Shown here one piece after another: positions 1 to 8,742 of a stretch of 41,172 bases of DNA. Location: positions 1 through 41,172 of the forward strand of contig PCQY01000031.1 of NCBI GenBank assembly GCA_002770755.1, in the 5' to 3' direction. Source of the DNA: a candidate division WWE3 bacterium CG23_combo_of_CG06-09_8_20_14_all_40_14. GTDB lineage: Bacteria; Patescibacteriota; WWE3; CG2-30-40-12. Numbering within the stretch: the stretch's first letter is position 1; the number at the start of each line of letters is the position of its first letter. The notes under the pieces are model-generated. The model searched no databases. It saw only the letters and a list, made by a program, of their open reading frames with translations, and had not been told where the DNA came from. The position numbers and the translations under genes were made by a program.

Positions 1-13
1 AAATCGCGCGCGC

Positions 14-48
14 AAAAAATAATTGCCATGATTTATCTATCATGGCAA
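14..48 (-). terminator. Rho-independent terminator downstream of tRNA-Glu
   Basis: Perfect 10-bp inverted repeat TTGCCATGAT (23-32) / ATCATGGCAA (39-48) with a 6-nt loop. On the minus strand it is followed by TTATTTTTT (22-14). Confidence 0.6.
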
Positions 49-114
49 AAAAAGTCGGCTCGAACTTCTTTTTATTGAACCGGCGGCTCTCGGCGAATTT
101 GAATTTTGCCTTTA

Positions 115-150
115 GGGCGCTCGCAACGGGCGGGGGCGTTGCGAGCGCCC
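115..150. other. Perfect 14-bp GC-rich hairpin in the tRNA-Glu 3' trailer (function unknown)
   Basis: GGGCGCTCGCAACG (115-128) and CGTTGCGAGCGCCC (137-150) are exact reverse complements around an 8-nt G/C loop. Local GC is far above the surroundings. Confidence 0.5.
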
Positions 151-180
151 CACCTTGTGAATCTTCAATTTCCTTTTTAG

Positions 181-253
181 TGACCCCACGGGGATTCGAA
201 CCCCGGTTACTGCCCTGAGAAGGCAATGTCCTGGTCCACTAGACGATGGGGCC
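181..253 (-). tRNA. tRNA-Glu (anticodon CUC)
   Basis: 73-nt cloverleaf on the minus strand. Acceptor GGCCCCA/TGGGGTC (one G-U). D arm GTCT-AGTGGACCA-GGAC. Anticodon arm TTGCC-TTCTCAG-GGCAG. T arm CGGGG-TTCGAAT-CCCCG. Discriminator A; CCA not encoded. Confidence 0.93.
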
Positions 254-333
254 ATAGTTGATTTGCTAAATATTGGCGATAAGAGTCTGCCCTTGTTGGA
301 AAACATTCTGGCAGGTGTTATTATTATACTAGA

Positions 334-759
334 ATGAAGCCTGTTATTCAAAGAGCGTTAATTATAAGCTTTCCATTTCTTGCTCTGTTTTTGGGAGCTT
401 TTGCTTTTTACGAGTTTCAAATGTATGCTCCCGCGTTAACTTCAAAAGGCGAAGGCACTGTTGCTGGGGAGCAAACAGTTGCTGGGGAGCAAACACAAAA
501 ATTTGATTTGCAGTACCCCAACTCCCAATTAATAAGCCAAAGCATTTTACAAAATAATATCGCTGTAACCCGTCAAACTGCGGATTCTCCGAGCGCCGTT
601 ATTTCCCACTACAGAAAAATGTTAACGCAAAGTGGATGGAAAGAGGTAAGTCCCGCCATTTATAAAAAAGGAGAAGAAACAATAACTCTAACTTTAACAA
701 AAGATTTAAATGCCACAATAATAAATGTGGACTATTACTCCGCCGCTCCTACCAAATAA
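334..759 (+). CDS. Hypothetical membrane-anchored/secreted protein
   Basis: 141-aa ORF with an N-terminal hydrophobic helix (ALIISFPFLALFLGAFAFY). Contains an in-frame 18-bp tandem duplication. No recognisable family. Confidence 0.55.
   Translation: MKPVIQRALIISFPFLALFLGAFAFYEFQMYAPALTSKGEGTVAGEQTVAGEQTQKFDLQYPNSQLISQSILQNNIAVTRQTADSPSAVISHYRKMLTQSGWKEVSPAIYKKGEETITLTLTKDLNATIINVDYYSAAPTK
460..495 (+). repeat. 18-bp perfect tandem duplication (GTTGCTGGGGAGCAAACA x2)
   Basis: Copies at 460-477 and 478-495 are identical. They encode the duplicated peptide VAGEQT. Confidence 0.9.
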
Positions 760-2486
760 ATTGCTCTCCAAGGCTGATAATTGCTTATAAAAGTATCCTC
801 GTATAACGGTTTTCCGTTTTTTTCAACAAGTCTTGTAAGTTTTGTTACCGCTCCCCAAGCCGACCATTCCACCTGTTTCGTTGTACCCTTTGGCAGGGAG
901 GGGTCGTCCTGATATAAAGGCGCCGGGGGCGGGGTTTGGGAAAGAATTTTTGATTCTAATGTTTTAACCTCCCTTCCATCCTTAGTGCCGTAAATTTTAA
1001 AATAAAGCTCGCTCTTTTCGGGGATAGCTTCGCTTTGAATCAGAATATAGTTTCCCGTGTCATTCTTAAATTTAAAATCTACTGTAGGCTGATAAACGGT
1101 GGCGTCAAACCCAACAGGTTTATCCTGCTCGTAGTAACCTACCCTATACGCATGCGCGGTCCGGGAAATTATGGGGAGACCTGAATTTAGAACCGCTCTA
1201 AAAAGGGTGGTTGAAACTTGGCACACGCCTCCCCCTTCGCCTAAAACGGTTCTGCCTTTGCTTATGATATATGCCGAAGTAAATCCGTGAGCGGCGTCAA
1301 TCGGCCCCACATTGGCATTAAAAGAAAAGGTTTCATCCGGCGCTACCAAAATGCCGTTTAAATTTTTGGCGGAGAGGGTTATATTAAAAACTCTGCCCTG
1401 TACGGAGCCTAGAAAAGTGGATTTCCCTTCTCCGATAAGCTCTCTAATGCCGTAAGAATTATTTGCGGCGGAAGGAAAAAATTCTTCCACCGGAAGGTCA
1501 ATTTGCCGTTCCATAGAAGAATCTAAAAGGACCAGCGAAAAAATCTCCCCTGCGGAGTGTTCTTTAACTACATAGCCGGGCGCAGGCAGGCGAAAACCCA
1601 CCACTTTTTCGCCTTCCATTTTAAAAATCTCTCCTCTTGGCGGGCGGTTTACCTGCTCGGCAATGGAGATTACGAATTTTTTCGCCCTCTCCTTATCCCC
1701 CGTTATAATCACAGCATTATCCTTTTTTGAAAAAACAACCATTTGCAAAAAATCGTTTTTAGTTATTTTCCAAGAATTTTGGTTGAAAACGAAAATCGGC
1801 AGGTTGTTGATAAGAATGTCCACTTTTGCGAACTCTTTTTCCAAATCTTTCCGCGTTAATTTCGGTTCGTAAGTGGAGGTGTTAATAGGAATATCAGAAA
1901 AAGTAGCGTTTGAAAAATTTTCTAAAATTTGAGTCTTTAGCGTTTCCTTATCCAAAATTTCCCCTTTTTCTTCCGGGATAACAACTAAACTCTCTATGGA
2001 ATTTAGGGCAAAAGAAGCGTCTTTATGAGGGGTTTCTACAAGGTTTGCTATATTGGCAAGTTGGTTGTTAAGAGCATTTTCATTGTAGGAAAAAGAAAAC
2101 TTAATGGGCAGTGTCCCAAAAATTCCCCGCATTTTTGCTTTTGAATTTTCAAGAATTTTTTTATCCCGCCCCACTTTAAAAGCTGTTTTTGCGGTGTCTT
2201 CCAAACTATATTTAAGGGCTATATCCTGCGCTTTAATATCAAAGACCCTTTCGTTGTAAGTTAATTGTATATTGCGGTTTTCGGGAATTTGGCTGTTTAT
2301 TGCCAAGATAGCTTGAGCAAACGAGAGTTTTCCAAGCCTTGCGTTTTTAACAGTTATTCCTGGAATTACCGTTTTGGCAAACAATAAATGGTAGATAGAG
2401 AAAGACGCAATGCCAGCCACACAAAGGGCATAAAAAAACCACAAAACCTTTTTTAGAATGGGGCTTTTATTTTTTTCCCGTTTCAT
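735..2486 (-). CDS. VanW-domain protein (YoaR-like) with N-terminal TM anchor and C-terminal G5-like domain
   Basis: 583 aa with an N-terminal TM helix. VanW-like core (GGGVCQVSTTLFRAVLNSGLPI...RTAHAYRVGYY). C-terminal G5-like segment (KGTTKQVEWSAWGAVTKLTRLV). Its ATG overlaps the stop of the upstream NYN gene (ATGA at 2483-2486). Confidence 0.85.
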   Translation of the reverse strand: MKREKNKSPILKKVLWFFYALCVAGIASFSIYHLLFAKTVIPGITVKNARLGKLSFAQAILAINSQIPENRNIQLTYNERVFDIKAQDIALKYSLEDTAKTAFKVGRDKKILENSKAKMRGIFGTLPIKFSFSYNENALNNQLANIANLVETPHKDASFALNSIESLVVIPEEKGEILDKETLKTQILENFSNATFSDIPINTSTYEPKLTRKDLEKEFAKVDILINNLPIFVFNQNSWKITKNDFLQMVVFSKKDNAVIITGDKERAKKFVISIAEQVNRPPRGEIFKMEGEKVVGFRLPAPGYVVKEHSAGEIFSLVLLDSSMERQIDLPVEEFFPSAANNSYGIRELIGEGKSTFLGSVQGRVFNITLSAKNLNGILVAPDETFSFNANVGPIDAAHGFTSAYIISKGRTVLGEGGGVCQVSTTLFRAVLNSGLPIISRTAHAYRVGYYEQDKPVGFDATVYQPTVDFKFKNDTGNYILIQSEAIPEKSELYFKIYGTKDGREVKTLESKILSQTPPPAPLYQDDPSLPKGTTKQVEWSAWGAVTKLTRLVEKNGKPLYEDTFISNYQPWRAIYLVGAAE

Positions 2487-2995
2487 TTGCTTTTAATCAA
2501 AAACTTGTCCGGGGCATCTTCTAAATTACTAAAAGCGTCCGCGGAGCTTGTGAGCATTGAAGAAGTGGTTCTTTCAAAACCGACCACTTCCACTCTGCAG
2601 CCTTTGTTATTTTTAAGGTAATCTACCAAAGCCGCAAAATCGCCATCGCCGGTAACAAGAACAATAACATCCACTTTATCGGCAAGACGGATAGCATCCA
2701 TAGCAATGCCTACATCCCAGTCGCCTTTTTTGGCGCCTCCCAAAAAAACCTGCAGGTCCTTAGTTCTTACCTCAAACCCTCTTTTTTCCAAAGCGTCAAA
2801 AAACTCTTTTTCCGTCCCCACATCGGCTTTTATTACATAGGCAAAAGCTCTAATTAGCTTCCTGCCGGAAACGGCGGCATGCAAAACTTTTCCAAAGTCA
2901 ACTTTTGCGCCGTATAAATTTTTAGCGCTGTAATACATATTTGAAACATCCACAAAAACTCCTACTCGTTGATCGCTGTGTATAGACACTAACAT
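2483..2995 (-). CDS. NYN-domain (LabA-like) predicted ribonuclease
   Basis: NYN pattern RVGVFVDVSNMYYS ... VIVLVTGDGDFAALV. AAGGAGGTG Shine-Dalgarno lies just upstream. ATG at 2995 is preferred over the GTG at 2998. Confidence 0.8.
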   Translation of the reverse strand: MLVSIHSDQRVGVFVDVSNMYYSAKNLYGAKVDFGKVLHAAVSGRKLIRAFAYVIKADVGTEKEFFDALEKRGFEVRTKDLQVFLGGAKKGDWDVGIAMDAIRLADKVDVIVLVTGDGDFAALVDYLKNNKGCRVEVVGFERTTSSMLTSSADAFSNLEDAPDKFLIKSK

Positions 2996-3117
2996 CACCT
3001 CCTTATTGTAAAGTGTAACAAATTATCAAAGCGGTGTCATTTGACAAAGGGATAATGGTTTATTGGAGGGGAGTTTGTTGGGGGCTATATCGTCTCCTTA
3101 ATTTCCCGCCTTAACCT

Positions 3118-3146
3118 TTGACATTTAGGGCGCAACTTTCTATTAT
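3118..3146 (+). promoter_or_regulatory. Sigma-70-type promoter of comM (leaderless geometry)
   Basis: TTGACA (3118-3123), 17-nt spacer, TATTAT (3141-3146), then only 6 nt (GGACTT) to the ATG at 3153. Confidence 0.5.
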
Positions 3147-3152
3147 GGACTT

Positions 3153-4682
3153 ATGCCCATAGCAAAAATTACTTCCGGCACTGTGGTTGGGTTGGACCCT
3201 TTTCCTATTGAAATTGAAGTGTCCATTGATTACCAGGGATTCCCGGGGTTTAGTATTGTGGGTCTTGCCTCAAAGGAGGTGGATGAAGCAAAAGAACGCG
3301 TTCGCAGCGCTATTAAAAACTGCGGCTTTAAATTTCCCGATAAAAGAATTACGGTAAACCTTGCTCCCGCAGATCTGCCCAAAAAGGGCTCCGCTTTTGA
3401 TTTTCCCATTGCGGTAGGAATACTTTTGGCAGATGAGCAGCTATTTTTTAATCCCGAAAAAAATGTTTTTATTGGAGAACTTTCGCTTGACGGAGGTTTG
3501 CGGCACACCTCTTCCGTTTTGCCTGTTGCCCTTATGACTAAAGAAAAAGGTTTTGGCAATATTTTTTTGCCAAGCTTAAATTCCAGGGAAGCAAGTATTG
3601 TATCAAATATTTTTGTAAGACCCATAAACACCTTAAAGGATATTTACTATCATTTTGCAGGTAATAAAATTGTTTATCCTTCCAAAACCATAGATTTAGC
3701 GGAGCTTTTAACGGAGGATACAGACTGCGAATTTGATTTTTCCGAAGTGCGGGGGCAGCAGTATGTTAAAAGGGCTTTGCAGGTTGCGTGCGCGGGGAGC
3801 CATAATATTGCAATGAAAGGTCCGCCCGGCGCGGGAAAAACCATGTTGGCAAGATGCCTCCCTTCTATTCTTCCGACCCTCACACCTACTGAGGCACTGG
3901 AAGTTACCAAAATATATTCCATCTCCGGAAACTTAAATCCTAATTTACCTATTATAAAAACAAGACCCTTTAGAAGTCCGCATCACACCACTTCTCGCGC
4001 GGGGCTGGTTGGGGGTTCTTCAAATCTTATGCCTGGCGAGATATCGCTTGCCCATAGAGGCGTTCTTTTTTTGGACGAATTTGCCGAATTGCCGCGCCAT
4101 GTTCTGGAAGCTTTGCGTCAGCCCATTGAGGATGGTTTTATTACCATAAGCCGCGCTGCGGGTTCCATAAAATTTCCCAGCAAAGTTATGCTGGTGGTTG
4201 CTTATAACCCCTGCCCCTGCGGATTTTTGGGGGATAGTAAAAAAGCTTGCACCTGCTCCCAAAACCAAATAAATAATTATCAAAAAAGAATATCGGGACC
4301 CATTTTGGATAGAATTGATATTCATATAGAAGTTCCCGCCGTTGAAACAGATAGATTAGTAGAGGATAAAGAGGTTTATGGAAAAACTTCTAAACAAATG
4401 AGAACAGAGGTCCAAAAAGCAAGAAACCGGCAGCTTAAAAGATTTGAGAATGTCTCTATCACAGCAAATTCTGAGATGAAGCCAAAGGAAGTTAAAGAGT
4501 TTTGCAAACTAACGGGGGAGTGTTTGGATATTTTAAGGCACGCAGTAATCCAAATGGGATTATCGGCAAGAGCGTATTTTAGAGTTATAAAAGTGGCAAG
4601 AACAATTGCCGATTTAGAAAATTCACCGGAAATAACCCGCAGTCATTTAGCCGAAGCGCTTACCTACAGACCCCGGCAATAA
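3153..4682 (+). CDS. comM: Mg-chelatase-like AAA+ ATPase ComM/YifB
   Basis: 509 aa. Lon-protease-like N-domain, Walker A GPPGAGKT, Walker B LFLDEF, C4 cluster CPCG...CTC, and C-terminal ChlI-like domain ending LAEALTYR. Confidence 0.9.
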   Translation: MPIAKITSGTVVGLDPFPIEIEVSIDYQGFPGFSIVGLASKEVDEAKERVRSAIKNCGFKFPDKRITVNLAPADLPKKGSAFDFPIAVGILLADEQLFFNPEKNVFIGELSLDGGLRHTSSVLPVALMTKEKGFGNIFLPSLNSREASIVSNIFVRPINTLKDIYYHFAGNKIVYPSKTIDLAELLTEDTDCEFDFSEVRGQQYVKRALQVACAGSHNIAMKGPPGAGKTMLARCLPSILPTLTPTEALEVTKIYSISGNLNPNLPIIKTRPFRSPHHTTSRAGLVGGSSNLMPGEISLAHRGVLFLDEFAELPRHVLEALRQPIEDGFITISRAAGSIKFPSKVMLVVAYNPCPCGFLGDSKKACTCSQNQINNYQKRISGPILDRIDIHIEVPAVETDRLVEDKEVYGKTSKQMRTEVQKARNRQLKRFENVSITANSEMKPKEVKEFCKLTGECLDILRHAVIQMGLSARAYFRVIKVARTIADLENSPEITRSHLAEALTYRPRQ

Positions 4683-4704
4683 GTTACTGGTCATTAGTCA
4701 CTAG

Positions 4705-4968
4705 TTATCTTGTTTGTATTATGTAGGCGCCGAGGATAATAGAGAGGCAAATAAGGCTTAATAAAAGCGACTTAACAACCTCTTTTTTAACAATGGCAAT
4801 AGAAGTGTAATAGTTTTCAAAATCGGAAGCCTTTATCAGCGGCGGTTGTGTTTCATTTGCGGCAGCCGTGGTTGGCGTTGGAAACTCTTTATAGGCTTTC
4901 TGTGTGGTTAATTGAGCTTTTAGTGCTTCTATTTTTCGGCGGTAATTTTTATCCTTTTTTTTGCTCAT
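4705..4968 (-). CDS. Small C-terminally membrane-anchored hypothetical protein
   Basis: 87-aa ORF with a basic N-terminus and a C-terminal TM helix (LLLSLICLSIILGAYII). TGtTAAAAT box (4975-4983) lies 6 nt upstream of the ATG. Confidence 0.5.
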   Translation of the reverse strand: MSKKKDKNYRRKIEALKAQLTTQKAYKEFPTPTTAAANETQPPLIKASDFENYYTSIAIVKKEVVKSLLLSLICLSIILGAYIIQTR

Positions 4969-5087
4969 AGTGAAATTTTAACATATTTGAAAAATCTAAT
5001 TAAGGAGTATCCTTTGAAAAGGATGCCCCCTTTTTACTTTTTTAAGATATTTTACGATACCTTTTGTGTTATGGTATGATGTAAATA

Positions 5088-5495
5088 ATGGATACGATAA
5101 TTACTCTTTATATCCTTCTAGCGGTTGTTTTTTTAACAAATATTATTGTCTTTGGGGTACTTCTAATGAAATTAAAAAACCTTTCAAGAATTGCCAAGTC
5201 TTTAGATATAGGCAAACTGAAACAAATATCTCAAGATATTGAAAGCCTTAAAAAAATCTCCTTAAAATCCTTCCAAAAGGTGGGGATTGTTAAATTTAAT
5301 CCTTTCAAATCTATGGGGGGAAATTTGTCTTTCGCGGCGGCTCTGCTTAACGCTCTAAACGAAGGTATAGTTATATCCGGGTTGCATAATAGGGAGTCAA
5401 CAAGAACTTACATAAAAGAAATTTCTTGTGGAAAAGAAAAACCCGAGTTATCCTCAGAGGAGAAGGAAGCGGTGGAGAATGCTGTTAAAAGTTAA
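5088..5495 (+). CDS. DUF4446-family membrane protein
   Basis: 135 aa. N-terminal TM helix followed by GIVKFNPFKSMGGNLSFAAALLNALNEGIVISGLHNRESTRTY, the pattern typical of DUF4446. Confidence 0.7.
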   Translation: MDTIITLYILLAVVFLTNIIVFGVLLMKLKNLSRIAKSLDIGKLKQISQDIESLKKISLKSFQKVGIVKFNPFKSMGGNLSFAAALLNALNEGIVISGLHNRESTRTYIKEISCGKEKPELSSEEKEAVENAVKS

Positions 5496-5501
5496 ATTGT
5501 T

Positions 5502-6770
5502 ATGGAAATACTAGAAAAAAAGGACTTTTTAGAAAATTCACAAAAAGAAGATTTCTCGCTTGCTCCGGAGAGCTCTCTCAATGCAGGTTCCGAAGCAAAG
5601 CCGCTTAAAAAAATAATTTTAACGGTGGTTGCGGTGTTTTTTACCCTTGCTGTTTTATCCGCAGGGGGATTTTTCGTCTATCAAAAGTTTTTTTCAAATA
5701 AACTAAGTTCTATAGAAAGTCCGTTGGGAGAAACATCTTCCGCAAAAACAAACAACGGTTCAAACGCTGTGCGGGAATTTGCCAGCCCCATAAACGGCGC
5801 TTTTCATACCAAAGAGGAGTATGAGAATTACAAAGATAGAAGACCATTAGCGGTAATGGTGAATAACCACATAGACGCGAGGCCTCAATTTGGCATCTCA
5901 TATGCGGACATTGTTTATGAGGCGGTTGCTGAGGGAGGTATAACAAGGCTTATGCCTATTTTTCATTCCACCGATGCCGGCAAAGTTGGGCCAGTTAGGT
6001 CGGCTCGCGTCCATTTTATAGATTTGGCGGCGGAATATTATTCTTGGTACGCGCATTGGGGAGGAGCTTACGCGCCTGTATTTCCTGATGGAACGAAAGA
6101 TTATTCAGAAACCAATCCAAAAGCGGATGCGTATCAACATATCAATGATGTAAGTTTAGCAAGTTTAGACCAACAGTGGCTTGGGGACACCGCTTATTAC
6201 CGAGACACCAGCAGAAATGTGGCTTTGGAGCATACCGGTTACACCAGCACCAACGCTTTGTGGAAAGAAGCTCCCAATAGATACCCTGAGGAAGGCTGGA
6301 CAAAATTTATTAAATTTAGAATTTGGAAATTCAAGGATGACGCCGTTTTATCAGAGCGGGGCTTTGTTACTGATATTAAATTTAATTTTTGGGAGGACCC
6401 CAATTTTGAGGTTATTTGGAAATACAACAAAGACACTAATGACTATTCGCGTTATCAGGGAGGTGTGAAGTGGGTAGATGCTGAAAATAAGAAGGATATT
6501 GCGGCAAAAGGTGTTGTTGTGCAATTTACCGTAGAAACATCCGCAAATGATAAGAAAAACCATCTTTTGTACGATATAGTGGGGGCGGGGCCCGCAAAAA
6601 TATTTATGGATGGAAAAGTTATAAACGCTACTTGGTCAAAGGCGGCTATTAGGGAAAGAGCCCTTTATTACGATGAGGAAGGAGAAGAAATAGCCTTTAA
6701 TCGCGGGCAGATTTGGGTGGAAATTGTTCCCGCTAGAAGCGCCGACTCATTGAGTTTTATCGCGCAATGA
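5502..6770 (+). CDS. DUF3048-domain (YerB-like) extracytoplasmic protein
   Basis: 422 aa. TM anchor followed by RPLAVMVNNHIDARPQFGISYADIVYEAVAEGGITRLMPIFHS, characteristic of DUF3048. Confidence 0.75.
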   Translation: MEILEKKDFLENSQKEDFSLAPESSLNAGSEAKPLKKIILTVVAVFFTLAVLSAGGFFVYQKFFSNKLSSIESPLGETSSAKTNNGSNAVREFASPINGAFHTKEEYENYKDRRPLAVMVNNHIDARPQFGISYADIVYEAVAEGGITRLMPIFHSTDAGKVGPVRSARVHFIDLAAEYYSWYAHWGGAYAPVFPDGTKDYSETNPKADAYQHINDVSLASLDQQWLGDTAYYRDTSRNVALEHTGYTSTNALWKEAPNRYPEEGWTKFIKFRIWKFKDDAVLSERGFVTDIKFNFWEDPNFEVIWKYNKDTNDYSRYQGGVKWVDAENKKDIAAKGVVVQFTVETSANDKKNHLLYDIVGAGPAKIFMDGKVINATWSKAAIRERALYYDEEGEEIAFNRGQIWVEIVPARSADSLSFIAQ

Positions 6771-6782
6771 AGCTCTGTAAAA

Positions 6783-7364
6783 ATGCTTAAAGATATAATA
6801 ACTTCCGAAGTGAGAATAAAAATAATTAAGGAGCTCTATAGAAACCTGCGCACACCTATTCATATAAGAGGGTTATCAAGGAGAGTGGGCACTGAAATAA
6901 ACGCTGTAAGACGGGAGCTTACCCGTCTCCAAAAATGCGGAATGCTAAAAAAGGAAGCCAAAGCAAACAAAATTTTTTACTCCGTTAGAACTGATTATTC
7001 CTCTTTTGGCGAGCTTTTATCTTTTGTAAATAAAGAAACCGGTCTTGGGGGCCGTATTGTAAAAAATCTTGCGGAGCTTGGAAAAGTTAAATTCGCCCTT
7101 TTATCAACGGAATTTGCGCTTGGTAGAGTGGCCTCTCCCAAGGATGTTGACCTTCTTATGGTGGGTGTTATAGATATAAAGTATTTGCAGGAACTTGTTA
7201 AAAAATCCGAAAAGGAACTTGGGCAGGAGATAAATTATACAGTGTTGGGAGAGGATGAATTTAATTTTAAGAAAGCCCGAAGGGACCCCTTTATTTCAAG
7301 CATTTTACTGCAAGGAAGAATCATCCTTGTGGGAGATGAATCCAAATTTTGTTTGGTAAAATAA
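6783..7364 (+). CDS. Winged-helix (ArsR-like) putative transcription regulator with uncharacterised C-terminal domain
   Basis: 193 aa. The N-terminal ~70 aa look like a wHTH (RIKIIKELY...IHIRGLSRRVGTEINAVRRELTRLQKCGML). The C-terminal domain is not assigned. Confidence 0.55.
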   Translation: MLKDIITSEVRIKIIKELYRNLRTPIHIRGLSRRVGTEINAVRRELTRLQKCGMLKKEAKANKIFYSVRTDYSSFGELLSFVNKETGLGGRIVKNLAELGKVKFALLSTEFALGRVASPKDVDLLMVGVIDIKYLQELVKKSEKELGQEINYTVLGEDEFNFKKARRDPFISSILLQGRIILVGDESKFCLVK

Positions 7365-7371
7365 TCCCGTT

Positions 7372-8703
7372 ATGAATAAACACAGAGCGCTCGGAATTTT
7401 TATACTCGCAATTACCGTATTAACGGTGTTTATTGATATGCCCGCAATGCCTATAAAATTATCCAAAGGGCCCTTAAAAGTGGATACCACAGTTGGTGGG
7501 TATTCTATTAATTTTGCAAACGGAAAATTTTACCGCGATTTAAAAGTCCGCAAAGGGCTTGATTTAGCGGGAGGGGCGCATATTGTTTTGCAGGCTGATA
7601 TGGGGGGCATTTCTTCGGAGGATAAAAATACTGCCATAGAGTCCGCCAAAAAAATTATTGAAAGAAGGGTTAATTTATACGGTGTTTCTGAACCCACCAT
7701 TCAAACAGCAAAGGTAGGCGATTCTTATCGTATAATTGTGGAACTGCCCGGTGTTTATAATACGCAAGATGCTTTGGAACTTATCGGTACCACCGCAAAA
7801 CTTAATTTTAGAGAGCTTGCGGAGGGAAAAGATTTGCAAACTGCCACAGTGGCGGACTTTTTGGATACTGGCCTTTCCGGGGCGGACCTTAAAAAAGCCT
7901 CCGTTTCTTTTAATTCGCAGAATAACGAACCTGAGGTAGCGCTGGAGTTTACGCAAAGTGGCGCGGAAAAATTTGGTGACATAACTAAAAGGAATCTGCA
8001 GAAACCATTGGCGATTTTTTTGGATAATTACATTTTAACCGCCCCAACTGTTCAAGCGGTTATAACTGATGGGGGGGCGGTAATATCGGGAAAATTTACT
8101 CTAGACGAGGCAAAAAATTATGTTATTCAGCTAAATGCCGGGGCTTTGCCTGTTTCGGTGAGTGTTTTAGAGCAAAGAAGTATTGGCGCAACCTTGGGTG
8201 TGGAGTCGGTAAGGAGAAGTTTGCTGGCAGGATTTATAGGGATTTTTTTAGTTTTTTTGTTTATGGCGGGGATTTACGGAAAACTTGGCATTATAGCAAA
8301 TCTAGCCCTAATTATTTACGGACTTATCACTTTAGCTTTGTACAAATTAATTCCGGTGGTTTTAACTCTGCCGGGCTTGGCGGGATTTATTCTTTCAATA
8401 GGCATGGCGGTTGATAGCAACATATTGATATTTGAAAGGATAAAGGAAGAACGCCGTTTAGGAAATCCGTTAGGGCTTTCAATGGAGCTTGGGTTTGGCA
8501 GAGCGTGGGATTCTATTAGGGATGCCAATGTTTCAACCCTGATTACCTGCTTTATTCTTTTTAATCCTTTTAACTGGACATTTTTGGTAAATTCAGGTCC
8601 CGTTAGGGGGTTTGCTTTAACCTTGTTTTTAGGGGTGGCAATATCTTTATTCACGGGAATAGTTGTTACCAGAAATTTGATTAGGATTTTTTATAAAGGA
8701 TGA
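7372..8703 (+). CDS. secD: Protein translocase subunit SecD
   Basis: 443 aa. LGLDLAGG, periplasmic P1-like domain, and C-terminal 6-TM bundle with GFILSIGMAVDSNILIFERIKEE. Confidence 0.9.
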   Translation: MNKHRALGIFILAITVLTVFIDMPAMPIKLSKGPLKVDTTVGGYSINFANGKFYRDLKVRKGLDLAGGAHIVLQADMGGISSEDKNTAIESAKKIIERRVNLYGVSEPTIQTAKVGDSYRIIVELPGVYNTQDALELIGTTAKLNFRELAEGKDLQTATVADFLDTGLSGADLKKASVSFNSQNNEPEVALEFTQSGAEKFGDITKRNLQKPLAIFLDNYILTAPTVQAVITDGGAVISGKFTLDEAKNYVIQLNAGALPVSVSVLEQRSIGATLGVESVRRSLLAGFIGIFLVFLFMAGIYGKLGIIANLALIIYGLITLALYKLIPVVLTLPGLAGFILSIGMAVDSNILIFERIKEERRLGNPLGLSMELGFGRAWDSIRDANVSTLITCFILFNPFNWTFLVNSGPVRGFALTLFLGVAISLFTGIVVTRNLIRIFYKG

Positions 8704-8742
8704 AAGAGGTAAAATAACTTTCACTTTTGATTTTTAACTTTG

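Noticed and set aside
112-351. 79-aa minus-strand ORF in the track
   Set aside because: It runs straight through the tRNA-Glu gene (181-253) and the GC hairpin (115-150). It has no start context or recognisable protein features and is an artefact of structured-RNA sequence.
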